From Octopus sinensis (taxonomy: Eukaryota), in NCBI RefSeq assembly GCF_006345805.1, contig NC_043004.1:5952001-6016000 (forward strand): a stretch of 64,000 bases of DNA, given 5' to 3'. The notes below the pieces were generated by a model, which saw only the letters and a list, made by a program, of their open reading frames with translations, searched no databases and was not told the DNA's origin. The position numbers and the translations under genes were made by a program. Below are positions 23,096 through 35,430 of this stretch, piece after piece. Within the stretch, counting starts at the first letter, position 1. The number at the start of each line of letters is the position of its first letter.

Positions 23096-25290
23096 TTCAT
23101 AAAGACTGACTTTTGTTTCTCTCATTCTTCTTGCCTCAAAACTATCATAGTCAATCCTGTAAATAATAGCGATTAACAAGATCACGAAACTTTAAAAACT
23201 AAATACTTTTAGTTATGAAAAAATCCAGAAATTAGCTTTTGGTATATTCTCAATTTACAATTTAAGCAGTTTTAAGAAAGTTAAACTGCTAATGCCTTCG
23301 GGAAAGCATGAACACAACAGTTTTACATTTCCTTCTCCTGGAACTTGATGTCTAGTGTAAAGACTAGATATCATTATCATCGCTTAACACACGTTCCATG
23401 TTGGCATTGATTGGACAGTTCAATATATCCAACTATCCTGAGGGCTATGTTTATCTCCATTGTCTGCTTTGGCAAGGTTTGTGTAGTTGCATACCTGTAT
23501 CTAATACCAGCCACTTTACAGAGTGTACTGGGTGCTTTTTTCATGGCACCGGCATTAGTGGGGTCACCATATAACACACAAAAGAAGACCCCTTTACAGA
23601 ATGGAGGTGCAGTATTGAGCGAGGTGACATTGTGCCAGGTGTGGAGAGGTTAATGTAGGAAAACAGGAATGGGTGTCTTGCTGTAGAGGAGATACATGGG
23701 TACCCTAGCAGGAAAAGGAGATGCGGTGTGTCAGGGGCTATCTTAAAGGTACAAAAAGGTGCTGAGGAAGGGAGATAGTAGGAAGTGAGGAGGCAGAGAA
23801 TTGATGATTGGGTTAGTAGTTAGAGGTGATAAGGTGGAATGATATTCAAAAGTAATAAACTAGGGTACCTTCATTGTTAAAAATGATTGTTGGTGTGATT
23901 GTATTTTTAGATGAAAATATTTCATTGTTACAAATTTGCATTAGTTTATTCTTTGCATTGTTAAGGTTGTAGCCATAACTGAGAAAATGCCAAAAGTTAG
24001 AAACAAAAACAAACAATGTATTCATTTGTTAATTTTTTGAAATAAAATTATTTAATTTTATTCATAAAGTAAAATGAAAAACTTTCTCATCAAAAAAACA
24101 ATAAGGAAATAATATGTTTAAATTCCATGTAACACTAAAAAAAAAATGAAAGCTGATACGGAAGCAAGAAAATTTTTGAAATTGAGTTGTTTAAGCTTGA
24201 AGATAAATTGGCTAAACAAATAAGCTGGCACCCAGAAGAGGTAAATTGACCAGATAGATAAGGTGGGTATTTTAATAGACTGATGTAAGGTTTTAGTTAT
24301 CAGAAGAGATTGATAACAGCTTCAAGAAAGTTGCTTGACATTTGAAAATAAGAATATTAATGCGGCAGTGTAATTAAGTGTGCATGTATATTGGTGTTTC
24401 TTGCAAGCTGACATTAAGCCAACATTTCCAGAGCTGTTGTATACTGCAGTTGCATATAAGAAGCTCAACTTAAAAGACCGCAGAGTGTTGTTGTAGTTCA
24501 TTAGAGATAGGAGTAGATAATTACAGCTGAAAGTAGATGAGGATAGTGTTGAGACCTAAAGAGCAATAAATAAAATTTTTGTGTTTCAACTGAAGATGGA
24601 TTTATTTATTCGAAAAACAGAATCAAGTCATGAATATGTTAATTTTCATGCCTACTTAGGTAAAATACAATATTGTACATCAACTTTGTGGTCCTCTTGT
24701 CACTGTTATATTTTCTAACAAACAAGTCAAATTTTTCAGACAAAAATATACACTCTAGAAAGGTAGGTTTACTTATATACCAAGATGATCTGTGAGGACT
24801 AAAAATTCTATGTGAAATGCAGCAGGATTTGGAAAGATAGTGACAATGTTTGAATGTTTACACTATATACTACATTGACTTGTATGCTGGAAAATATTGT
24901 ACTTCAGCCGTGTACTATAAAGTCTACATTTGGTGAGGAGATATAAGATAAAAAAACATGTCTAGAGTTTTCTTCCATATTCAATGAAAGGATTAAAATA
25001 TTATTTGTCATTGAACTAATGTTTTTTCCTCACTACATAATTATTTTCAATTAGCTTTTTGATGCTCACTATTTTAAATCACTGTTCTGATGTTGATAGG
25101 CTCAGAGAAAATTTGGAAACCAGCAACGAAATTGTTGAGCTGATTTATTGAAGGCTTTGTAGGCTAACGATGAGTACAGAATAACCTCAAACCAGACTGA
25201 TGTATGGAATATCCAAGTAGAAATAAAATTTGCCAAATAGAAAAGGTGGCATCCAGGTAAGATAAATTGGCTAAACAGATAAGGTAGCAT

Positions 25291-25730
25291 TATTTATATT
25301 ATTTACATTAGATGGATATTTGTCCTCATCTTGTTTGTTGTTAACACAATGTTTCGGGTGATATACCCTCAAGCCTTCTTTAGGTGTCTTGGGGATATTT
25401 CGAACCTGGGTTCTCATTCCTAAGGTATTTTTCGATGTTATTATTATTATTGTTCAGGTCACTACTTGGAATTGAACTTGGAATCTTGGGGTTAAGAGCG
25501 CAGGCTACTAACCCCAAGATTCCGAGTTCAATTCCAAGCAGTGACCTGAACAATAATAATAATAACATCGAACAATACCTTAGGAATGAGAACCCAGGTT
25601 CGAAATTTCCCTAAACACCTGATGAAGGCTGGAGGGTATATCAGCCGAAACATGTCAACAACAAACAAGATGAGGACAAATATCCATCAAATGTAAATAA
25701 TGTACATAATTCTTCATCTCTTAAATATAC
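25291..25730 (+). mobile_element. Fold-back Penelope-type/retrozyme-like element with tRNA-like head and hammerhead motif
   Basis: About 200-bp inverted arms (25291-25494 and 25509-25708) with a 14-nt loop; B-box GAGTTCAATTCC; hammerhead core CTGATGA-A-GGCTG..CAGCC-GAAA. Confidence 0.7.
25614..25656 (+). ncRNA. Minimal type I hammerhead ribozyme motif (core and stem II intact, stem I damaged)
   Basis: ac-CTGATGA(25619-25625)-a-GGCTG-gagggtatat-CAGCC-GAAA(25647-25650)-catgtc. Confidence 0.6.
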
Positions 25731-26001
25731 AACAGATAAGGTGGCATATCAAGGTAAAGGTAAATTGGCCAAATAGATAAGGTGTTTTGGCTATCAGTTT
25801 ATATTTTTATTTCAAACATTTCATTGTATATTTTGGCAGTACATCATTTAACTTGTATTTCTCAGTTCACTTAGCTGGACAAGAATAACACACGATATCA
25901 ATATCATCTGAGATTGTTATCTTATTTAATGGTATATAAGATGCACTTTTTGCATTTAAAAAATGTCTCAAAAAATCACACAAGTTCTATATGTAAAGCT
26001 A

Positions 26002-26319
26002 ATTTTGTCCCTGATGCTCTTTTTCCTGAATATGTCCTGCTGAAATTGAGTTTCAATGAATGTGCCCATGTGTCTTTTATGCCATCAGACATGATACTTG
26101 AAATAGAAACAGATTTCTCATTCATCTGCTCAACATCATAAAACCAAGGCCTTTTAAATCTTATCCTGACTCTCAAAAGATTTACACATATAGCTGGCTT
26201 AATGAAGTTGTTTATTCTGTACTTTGAATGTTATTTTTTAAATCTTTCTATAAAGCTGACGAGTAGTTACTCAACAACCATAGATAAAAAAAAAAACCTT
26301 TAGTGTATGAGCCAGTGAG
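26002..26319. repeat. Direct repeat copy 1 of a 315-bp local duplication
   Basis: Near-identical to 28373-28685; a diverged core copy lies at about 14886-14985. Confidence 0.85.
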
Positions 26320-26569
26320 AGAGCATGGCTTATGTGGTCACTGATAGAGATAGCAGGTAAAATCACCTTGAATCTCACCCTACTAACTTAAAAAGCAAAG
26401 GACACATTGCATAATGTAATCTTGGATACACTATGTCAAAATAAAATAAAATAGTTATGATCTAAACCTTTTTAATCACAGGTCCACTTAATCAGACCCG
26501 AATCAAAAAATTATTATTTTTCTTCTTTGGTCTGAGAAGAGCAGTTTAGAGTTTTGCAGATGGATGCTT

Positions 26570-27990
26570 ATCTTTTATCTTTTTCTTCATTCACTCATTG
26601 GACTGTCGCCAGGCTAGAACACCTTTTGAAGGGTTTATTCAAACAAATCGATCCCTAGAACTTATTTTCAAGTGTGGTATACTTATTCTATCAGTCTGTT
26701 TTGTCAAATTGCTAAATTACAGACAGAAACAAACCAACACTGGTTATCAGATGATGGTGGATGGGACAAACGCAAAGATGCATACACACATATGTATGAA
26801 GCCTAATTGTGCTTGTCTGCATTACTATCTCACCTGCATTACTATATCAGCTCACCTGGACTTCTCTTATAGCCACTCTTTTCCCTGTGGATCCTTTGAT
26901 AAAGTTTTCAGAGCTTAAATTCAAATCATTTGAACACTACAGTTTTCAATACTGAGCATTTCCAGCTCTCACCTTTTGATTGCATACATATATATAGGCA
27001 GAAGAGTAGCTGTGTGGTAAGAAGATTGCTTCCTAACCACATGGTTCCGGGTTCAGTCCCATTGCGTGGTTCCTTGGGCAAGTGTCTTCTTCTATAGCCT
27101 CAGGCCAACCAAAGCCTTGTGAGTGGATTTGGTTGATGGAAACTGAAAGAAGCCTGTCATATATATATGTATATATGTATGGATTTGTGTGTCTGTGTTT
27201 GTCCCCCTACCATCGCTTGACAACCAATGTTGGTGGGCTTACATCCCTGTAACTTAGCAGTTCAGCAAAACAGACCAATAGAATAAGTACTAGGCTTACA
27301 AAGAAGAAGTCCTGGGATTGGTTTGTTCGACTAAAATTGGTGCTCCATCATGGCCACAGTCAAATGACCGAAACAAGTAAAAGAGTAAGAGAATGATTTC
27401 TCACAGTTTCTGTCTACCAAATTCACTCACAAGGCATTTGTTATCCTGGGGCTATAGTAGAAAACACTTGTGCAAGGTGTTGCACAGTGGGACTGAACCT
27501 GAGATCATGGATTGCAAAATGAACTTCTTAACAACACAGTTATGCTTGTATCTTATGGAAAGCAACAAAAATAACAAAAAAAAAAGGACAGTAGTGGCTG
27601 TGTGGTAAGCAACTTGCTTACCAACCACATGGTTCCGGGTTCAGTCCCACTACGTGGGACCTTTGGCAAGTGTCTTCTACTGTAGCTTTGGGCCAACCAA
27701 AGCCTTGTGAGTGGATTTGGTAGATGGAAACTGAAAGAAGCCCATCATATATATGTATATGTATATATATATATATGTGTGTGTGTGTGCGTTTGTGTGT
27801 CTGTGTTTGTCCTCCCAACCTCGTTTCACAACTGATGCTGGTGTGTTTACGTCTTCGTAAGTTAGCGGTTCGGCAAAAGAGACCGATAGAATAAGTACTA
27901 GGCTTACAAAGAATAACTCCTGGGGTTGATTTGCTCAACTAAAGGCAGTGCTCCAGCATGGCCACAGTCAAATGACTGAAATAAGTAAAA
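26570..27990. mobile_element. Cluster of family A SINEs (- 26570-26780, + 26995-27390, - 27390-27550, + 27590-27990)
   Basis: Family motifs in alternating orientation. Confidence 0.8.
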
Positions 27991-28372
27991 AAAAAAGAGA
28001 CAAAGTGTGAGTTTTAGAAACCAGACAGTTATAATGGATGAACTGAAGAGGAATCTTAGAAGCTTGTAAATACAAACAGAAGCCATTTAAGCTACAGTGC
28101 CACCATTTAAGCAACAGCACCAGAGCAGAAAGAGAAGGCATCAGATATGTGCGCTAATGGCCATGAGTCATTGTCAGATAGCCCAGCCTGATGACCTTTC
28201 ATGGATGTGATCTTGAATGGTTCATTCATATAGTAGCAGCACCATTCCAAATATGTGAGCAGTGCTAGAATGTGGGTCATACTTGTCTTTTGCATGAGAG
28301 TAAATAAATTTGAGAGCAAAAATGATTTTTGGTCATGAAGGAGAATTTCTAGTTTTTTTGTTTGAGCTGCAT

Positions 28373-28685
28373 ATTTTGTCCCTGGTGTTCTTTTTCCTGA
28401 ATATGTCCTGCTGAAATTGAGTTTCAATGAATGTGCCCATGTGTCTTTTATGCCATCAGACATGATACTTGAAATAGAAACAGATTTCTCATTCATCTGC
28501 TCAACATCATAAAACCAAGACCTTTTAAATCTTATCCTGACTCTCAAAAGATTTACACAAATAGCTGGCTTAATGAATTTGTTTATTCTGTACCTTGAAT
28601 ATTATTTTTTAATCTTTCTATAAAGTTGACCAGTAGTTACTCAACAACCATAGATAAAAAAACCTTTTGTGTATGAGCCAGTGAG
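28373..28685. repeat. Direct repeat copy 2 of a 315-bp local duplication
   Basis: Near-identical to 26002-26319; overlaps a 146-codon minus-strand ORF. Confidence 0.85.
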
Positions 28686-28844
28686 CTTTTGTGTATGTGC
28701 AGTGGAATCTCTTACTTCTCAATGAAGTCTTGGATTTGCTTTGGGCAAGTGTTTTCTATTATTGTTGTGGGCTGAGTAAAGCCTTGTGAGTGGATTTGAT
28801 AGGCAGAAACTGAAGAAGCATGTATGTATGTATGTATGTGCTTA

Positions 28845-30037
28845 CTGGGCTTTGCAAAAGTCTTCTTGCACTCGTTATGATGCTCTCAACAAAGGACACA
28901 ATGATAGTTTTGATGCAGTTAGACACGTTTTTATTGTTTTAACATATAAGTATGTGTTTAAATATTAATATTAATCAATGTGGCCACCCTTGGTTGCAAG
29001 CAGGCACTCCAGGTGAGACTTGAAGGCATGCACATGTTGCAGACGAAATGCTTCCTCATGCTGGCCCACACACAGTTGGTGGACTTGCAGACCTTGTGCT
29101 CAACATGCTGTAGTTGAGGGGGTTGTGGTTGGATGACTGTGATGGCCAAAAGTACTGTGACCATAAGTTCATGTTCCATCCCAACCATTCTTGGCTGTGT
29201 GGGCTGGGGCACTGCCTTGCTGAAAGATGTAATCCACCTTCTTTGTGATTTTTCTCACCCAGGGCTGGACTTTTGTGGCCAAGATGTCCCTGTAGTTGGC
29301 TGTGGTGAGCCTGCAACCAGTTGCAAATCACACCATTGGCATCTCACCATTCAAAGCCACGATGCTGAGTATCATCACAGAGGCCAGGTACTTGGTTGTG
29401 GACATGTAGTGGACTTCAGAGACATCCTGCACAAAGCTGGCCACATGGTCATTCTGCTTGTTAATGACTAGATTAACTGTGAATGTTTTTTCATCAGAAA
29501 AAATGAGAATTTGGTTGCCATGACACTTCAAGTTGTTGAGACGGTAACGACGGTGCTCCCAACTCTGTTCTCACATATAGTTGGTGAGCAGAGGCCTTTC
29601 CACACCCCCTCAAGCTCTTGCTGCCCTCCTTGATGACCCTGGACACTGTGGCCACCAAGATGCTGTTGTTCTTTGTGAGCACAGTCATTTTGAGCTTCTG
29701 ATAACTGTCGAAGGCCTTTCTCACAACCAAAGGGTCGACAAGGTCCCAATTTTTGAGGTCTTTCCCATTTTTGAGCCTCTCTGTGTGTCTGTGGACAGTC
29801 ATCCAGCTGATGTCAAGCCACTTAGCAATGTCAGACTTGTTTTTGCCTAAGTGCAGGGGAGCACTCCATTCTTTTTGCTTCCCTTTCAATACACCTGCAC
29901 ACAATGGAAAAGGTGTTTTAATAACACGTCCTGGAAAAGTAGAACTTTAGGTATGTTTGACAGCACTTTTTCTATTACACACATAAACCTCTTGAGAGCC
30001 CCAAAAACAAGTGTAATAAGACTTTTGCAAAGCCCAG
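28845..30037 (-). mobile_element. Full-length but pseudogenised Tc1/mariner element (maT/DD37D-like), inserted into a SINE
   Basis: TIRs CTGGGCTTTGCAAAAGTCTT at both ends with TA flanks. HTH-like segment SDIAKWLDISWMTVHR, FSDEKTFTV, and a degenerate SPDLNPLDY motif (SSNHNPLNY); multiple frameshifts. Confidence 0.88.
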
Positions 30038-30362
30038 TACGTGTATGTGTGAACCTTTGTCTTGACATCATGTGATGGCTGTAAACAAGCATCACTGCCA
30101 TATAAGAGGTGTTGTTCATTTCCAATCTTATGTGAAAAACATGTCTGACCATGGGGAAATATCACCTTGCCTGGAAACAGGCGAAGTTTGGCAACAGAAA
30201 TGGTATCTGGCCATAGAAAATCTGCCTCAATAAATTCTATCTGACTCATGAAAGTGTGGAAGAGTGGTGGCTCATGAAAGTAAATGGTGGTGGCAATGAT
30301 AATAATGGTGATAATGATGATGATGATGAGGACGACAATGACGACGACGACGATGACATCAT

Positions 30363-30394
<32 letters not shown>

Positions 30395-31119
30395 TTTAAA
30401 GCCCAATTCTCCATGCCTCCATGGGTCAGTTGGATTTGTTGAGGCAGATTTTCTGTGGCTGGATTCACATCCTGTTGCCAAGCTTCACTTATTTTCAAGC
30501 AAAGTAATATTTTTCCCATAGCCAAACATGTTTTCCATGGAAGACTGAAAAATGAACACTTTGAGTGTATGATGATGATGCTCATTTACAATCATCTCAT
30601 GATGTCAAGACAAAGACACACACAAACATATTCACACACACACACATGCGCACCCCACCACACACACACACATATATATATACATATCAAAGATGTGCCA
30701 CCTGAGCAGGCAAAGTAGGTAGTGCCTACCTTGCATAAAATAGATCGATAGCAATATTTTCCTTTAATGGCAAAATATGCTCATAGTTCAATAAAATTAT
30801 GAAGGTTACTCTGATTACTATGCATTTCTTATGCAGAGTCAGAAATCCCAGATCTGGAATTATCCAGTAATTTTTTTTGCTAGTTTATTTTGTCTCTTTG
30901 TCTTCTCTCCCGGTGCTGTATGAACATTTAATGTGGTTTTAGAGTCAAGTTTTGACTGCTATTTCCAGCTTGCTGGTATTTCTTAGATACCCTAAATTAT
31001 AATCTTAAATAATTATTACATTTGAAGGTTTTTATTCCCATGCTGGCCACCTGATAAGATTGGTATTTAAATATCGATATTATCCTTATTTATATAAATT
31101 TATATATATATATATATAT

Positions 31120-31482
31120 AATTTCCAGGTTCAGTCCCACTGCGGGGCACCTTGGGCAAGTGTCTTCTACTTACTATAGCCTCAGGCCAACTAACGCATT
31201 GTGAGTGGATTTGGTAGACGGTAACTGAAAGGCGGCAAGCTGGCAGAATTGTTAGCATGCTGGGTGAAATACTTAGCAGTATTTCATCTGCCGCTATGTT
31301 CTGAGTTCAAATTCCTCTGAGGTTGACTTTGCCTTTCATCCTTTCAGGGTCGATTAAATAAGTACCAGTTACACACTGGGATTGATGTAATCGACTTAAT
31401 CCGTTTGTCTGTCCTTGTTTGTCCTCTCTGTGTTTAGCCCCTTGTGGGTAGTAAAGAAATAGGTAACTGAAAGCAGCTTGTC

Positions 31483-31553
<71 letters not shown>

Positions 31554-31745
31554 TGTGTGTGTCTGTGTTTGTCCCCCCAACATCGCTTGACAACCGATGC
31601 TGGTGTGTTTGCATCCCCGTAACTTAGCAGTTCAGCAAAAGAGACTGATAGAATAAGTCCTGGGGTCAATTTGCTCAACTAAAGGCAGTACTCCAGCATG
31701 GCCACAGTCAAATGACTGAAACAAGTAAAAGAGTAAAAAGAGTAA
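31120..31745 (+). mobile_element. Family A SINE containing a nested family B SINE (31232-31461)
   Basis: 12-bp TSD GGTAACTGAAAG at 31220-31231 and 31462-31473. Confidence 0.85.
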
Positions 31746-32569
31746 AATATATATATATATATATAGGGAGAGTTCACAAAAAAAACAAAAGACAAAGACA
31801 GGTGGTGTATAACGCTCAGGAATTGAAAAAGTCTTTTACGTTTCGAGCCTACGCTCTTCTAAAGAAAGGGACAAAGAAAAAAATGAGAGAAAAAAAATGT
31901 GTGTAGTGGCTACCGATCTATCATATATATATATATATATATATTATATATTTTACCAATGTCACCTTACTGGCACCTGTGCTGGTGGCATGTGTAAAAG
32001 GATTCGAGCAAGGTCGTTGCCAGTACCGCCTGACTGACCCCCGTGCCGGTGGCACGTAAAATGCACCCACTACACTTTCGGAGTGGTTGGCGTTAGGAAG
32101 GGCATAGCTGTAGAAACTCTGCCAAATCAAGATTGGAGCCAGGTGCAGCCTTCTGGGTCGCCAGCCCTCAGTTAAAAACCGCCCAACCCATGCTAGCATG
32201 GAAAGCAGACGTTAAACGATGATGATGATGATATATATATAAATATACTATACTATACTATACTATACTGTAATATAACATAATATGATATAAAGAACTT
32301 ATTATATTCAGCGCTCAGGTGCATATATTTATATATGATGCAATAAACAGAGAGGTGCTTTTGCACCATGCAGAAACCGCAGGAGCAACGTGGTTGTATT
32401 GCAAGCTTTTCTTCTTTGGGTGATGACTAAAGCCATCACAATGTTGGAAAGCCTTCCATATCACCAGCAGGTCTCTCAGGCTCACAAGTGTCTTCGCTCT
32501 CAGCCTGAATACATATATAAATATTTAGTCCAACTTGTGCCAACATGGAAAACAGATGCAAAACGATGA

Positions 32570-32934
32570 CGATGACATTTATATATGTAAGTAAGTGAAT
32601 GTATAAATACATATATATATATGTGTGTGTGTGTGTGTGTATATATATACACACACATATATATATGTATGTACATATATATATGTATGTATATATATAT
32701 ATATATAGTATGTATGTATATATATATATGTATGTATGTATGATGATGATGATATATGTATGTATGTATATATATATATGTATGTATGTATATATATTAT
32801 ATGTATGTATGTTATATATATATATATGTATGTATGTATATATATATATATGTATGTATGTATATATATATGTATATGTATGTATGTATATATATATATG
32901 TATGTATGTATGTATATATATATATATAGTATGT

Positions 32935-32966
<32 letters not shown>

Positions 32967-33069
32967 TATATATATATGTATGTATATATATATATGTATG
33001 TATGTATATATAATATATGTATGTATGTATATATATATATATGTATGTATATATATATATATATGTATG

Positions 33070-33102
<33 letters not shown>

Positions 33103-33168
33103 ATATATTATAATATATATATGTATTAATATATATATATATATGTATGTATATTATATATATATATG

Positions 33169-33223
<55 letters not shown>

Positions 33224-33239
33224 ATATATATATATATAA

Positions 33240-33306
<67 letters not shown>

Positions 33307-33350
33307 CATATATATATACATACATATATGTATGTGTATATGTATGTATG

Positions 33351-33388
<38 letters not shown>

Positions 33389-33392
33389 CGTA

Positions 33393-33424
<32 letters not shown>

Positions 33425-33425
33425 T
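32570..33425. repeat. Large compound (TA)n/(TATG)n microsatellite
   Basis: About 850 bp composed almost entirely of TA, TG and TATG units. Confidence 0.95.
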
Positions 33426-34460
33426 AAATAAATAAGAAGCTAAGTTTAGATTGAGAAGGTAGTGGTGTTAGAGTTTATGAAGTGCTTTATCGTTCACAAT
33501 TTCCGACTAGCTCTTGTAAGAAATTCTTAAAGAACTTATCAAACCAACTTGTATCTACTAGGATAAAATAATCAACTATACTGACTCCACTTCCAGTACT
33601 AAGATGGAAAGAAGGAAATTCCTACTAAATTTTTACTGGTAAATTTCTTGAATACATAGTTGTCTGTATAGGTTCAATGAAATGGCTTTCCTGATCCACA
33701 CCAGTGAAAACATTGCAAGTTAATTTGTTCTACTTATCTGAGGTAAGCTGACCAAAAATAGATTCTATTGATGTGTTATAATGGTATGGGCTCTGTTTAG
33801 AAAAGGTATCATCCAGTTGGAAAGCATGTTTTTAGCATGGGAAAAAATAGTAAATGGATGTAAAGAGTGAGAAAAAAAAAATGAAAGGAAATAAGAATTT
33901 GTTCAACCTGTTTATTAATATGAGTCATCTATGTTTTGATTTAAGAAAAATAAAAGTGAAGCCTTTAAAAGCCACAATGTGAGAGTGTCAGTGCTTACTT
34001 AACTCATGGTTTTGTAATCTCTTATTATAATATTTAATAAAGACCAAATTCCCATTTAAACTAGGATGCTGGTAGAACATTGTAGTCTGCTTGAAGCCTT
34101 GTGATAAAGAAGTAAAATAACAAAATGGTGAAGACAAAGAGCTTCTTAAAACATGAAAAGAGAAAAGTTTTAGAACCTTTATATATTTCAAGAGCAAAAG
34201 CCCCACCATCAGAATTTAACAGTTAAGGAATGTTAGTCTGTTCCAGTGGTTACTCTTACTCTTTTACTTGTTTCAGTCATTTGGTTTCTTTTCCTAATAT
34301 TTTACATAGTTCAAACTACACAAGTGAATGTGTGAAAAACAAAACAGGTATTTTGAAAGAAGTATCTATAAAACCAGTTTTTAAACATGAAATAGCTATG
34401 AGGGTCCACCAGAATAAAATAGTAATCAAAGCGGTTTATAGATAAAAAGTAGTTGAGAAG

Positions 34461-34870
34461 GCGCAGGAGTGGCTGTGTGGGTAAGTAGCTTGCTTACCAA
34501 CCACATGGTTCCGGGTTCAGTCCCACTAGGTGGCATCTTGGGCAGGTGTCTTCTACTATAGCCTCAGGCTGACCAAAGCCTTGTGAGTGGATTTGGTAGA
34601 CGGAAACTCAAAGAAGCCCGTCGTATATATGTATATGTATATATATATGTGTCTATGTTTGTGTGTCTGTGTTTGTCCCCCTAGCATTGCTTGACAACTG
34701 ATGCTGGTGTGTTTACGTCCCCGTCACTTAGCAGTTCAGCAAAAGAGACTGATAGAATAAGTACTGGGCTTACAAAGAATAAGTCCTGGGATCGATTTGC
34801 TCAACTAAAGGTGGTGCTACAGTATGGTCACAGTCAAATGACTGAAACAATTAAAAGTAAAAGATAAAAG
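34461..34870 (+). mobile_element. SINE family A, full length
   Basis: GGCGCAGGAGTGGCTGTGTGG head (A/B-box-like) through tail. Confidence 0.85.
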
Positions 34871-35189
34871 AAAAAAGGTGCCTATATGTTTTTCAATGAA
34901 GTAATAAATGATAGTGAAGTAGTAGAATCTCAGTGTATGACTGGTATCTGTTTAATGTACCAATAACAAAGCCTCAATGTCTTTGCTTGACCAGCTAAAA
35001 ATAGTAGATTGGATTTCCTCAAATTATACTCCACTTTTAAAAAAAGGACATGTTGGATAATGCAGTTCTAGACATCTGAAAAGAAACAAAACAAATGGGA
35101 TGGTCATGACTGGAATACCATTGATTATAATTTTGCTTGATCTGTGTTAACCAAGGGCTAAACAACAACAACAGCAACCATATAAAAGA

Positions 35190-35430
35190 GATGAATGGCA
35201 GTGACCATCCTGGTGAATTTGAACACAGCAGTCATCTGTTTTCTCTGCCCAATATTCCCAGGAAGGTCACGGGAGCAGAACCCTCAGCACCTCCTCTATA
35301 TGATCCTATCAGAAACAAGTGTGTCGAACTGAGACTTTGGATATTATCCAATCAATTCATTCTTGATTTGCTCCTAGGTCTTCTGCCAGTTGGCTTGGCT
35401 TGAAGAATTTGTCTTGCAATTATTTCCTGT
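35190..35430 (-). mobile_element. RTE LINE fragment
   Basis: Nucleotide similarity to 60170-60470 (ttcttcaagccaa...ggcagaagacc, on the minus strand). Confidence 0.45.

Noticed and set aside
24589-24620. CTGAAGA...GAAA hammerhead-like spacing
   Set aside because: No credible stem II or stems I/III.
25490-25535. tRNA gene
   Set aside because: Only a partial D-arm/anticodon/T-arm-like segment with no acceptor stem; treated as a SINE-type head.
25380-25614. Near-identical ORFs on both strands
   Set aside because: A consequence of the palindrome, not coding.
29947-30585. 212-aa minus-strand ORF
   Set aside because: Chimera of SINE, (CAT)n microsatellite and transposon end.
32579-33435. Long ORFs (268, 176, 136 aa) rich in Y/I/H/M/C/V
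   Set aside because: Translations of the TA/TATG microsatellite, not genes.
33480-33840. Protein-like minus-strand frame with TAG/TAA stops (possible A-to-I stop-to-Trp recoding)
   Set aside because: Five stops in 120 codons is near random expectation for AT-rich DNA, and there is no recognisable homology, so an editing-rescue hypothesis is unsupported.
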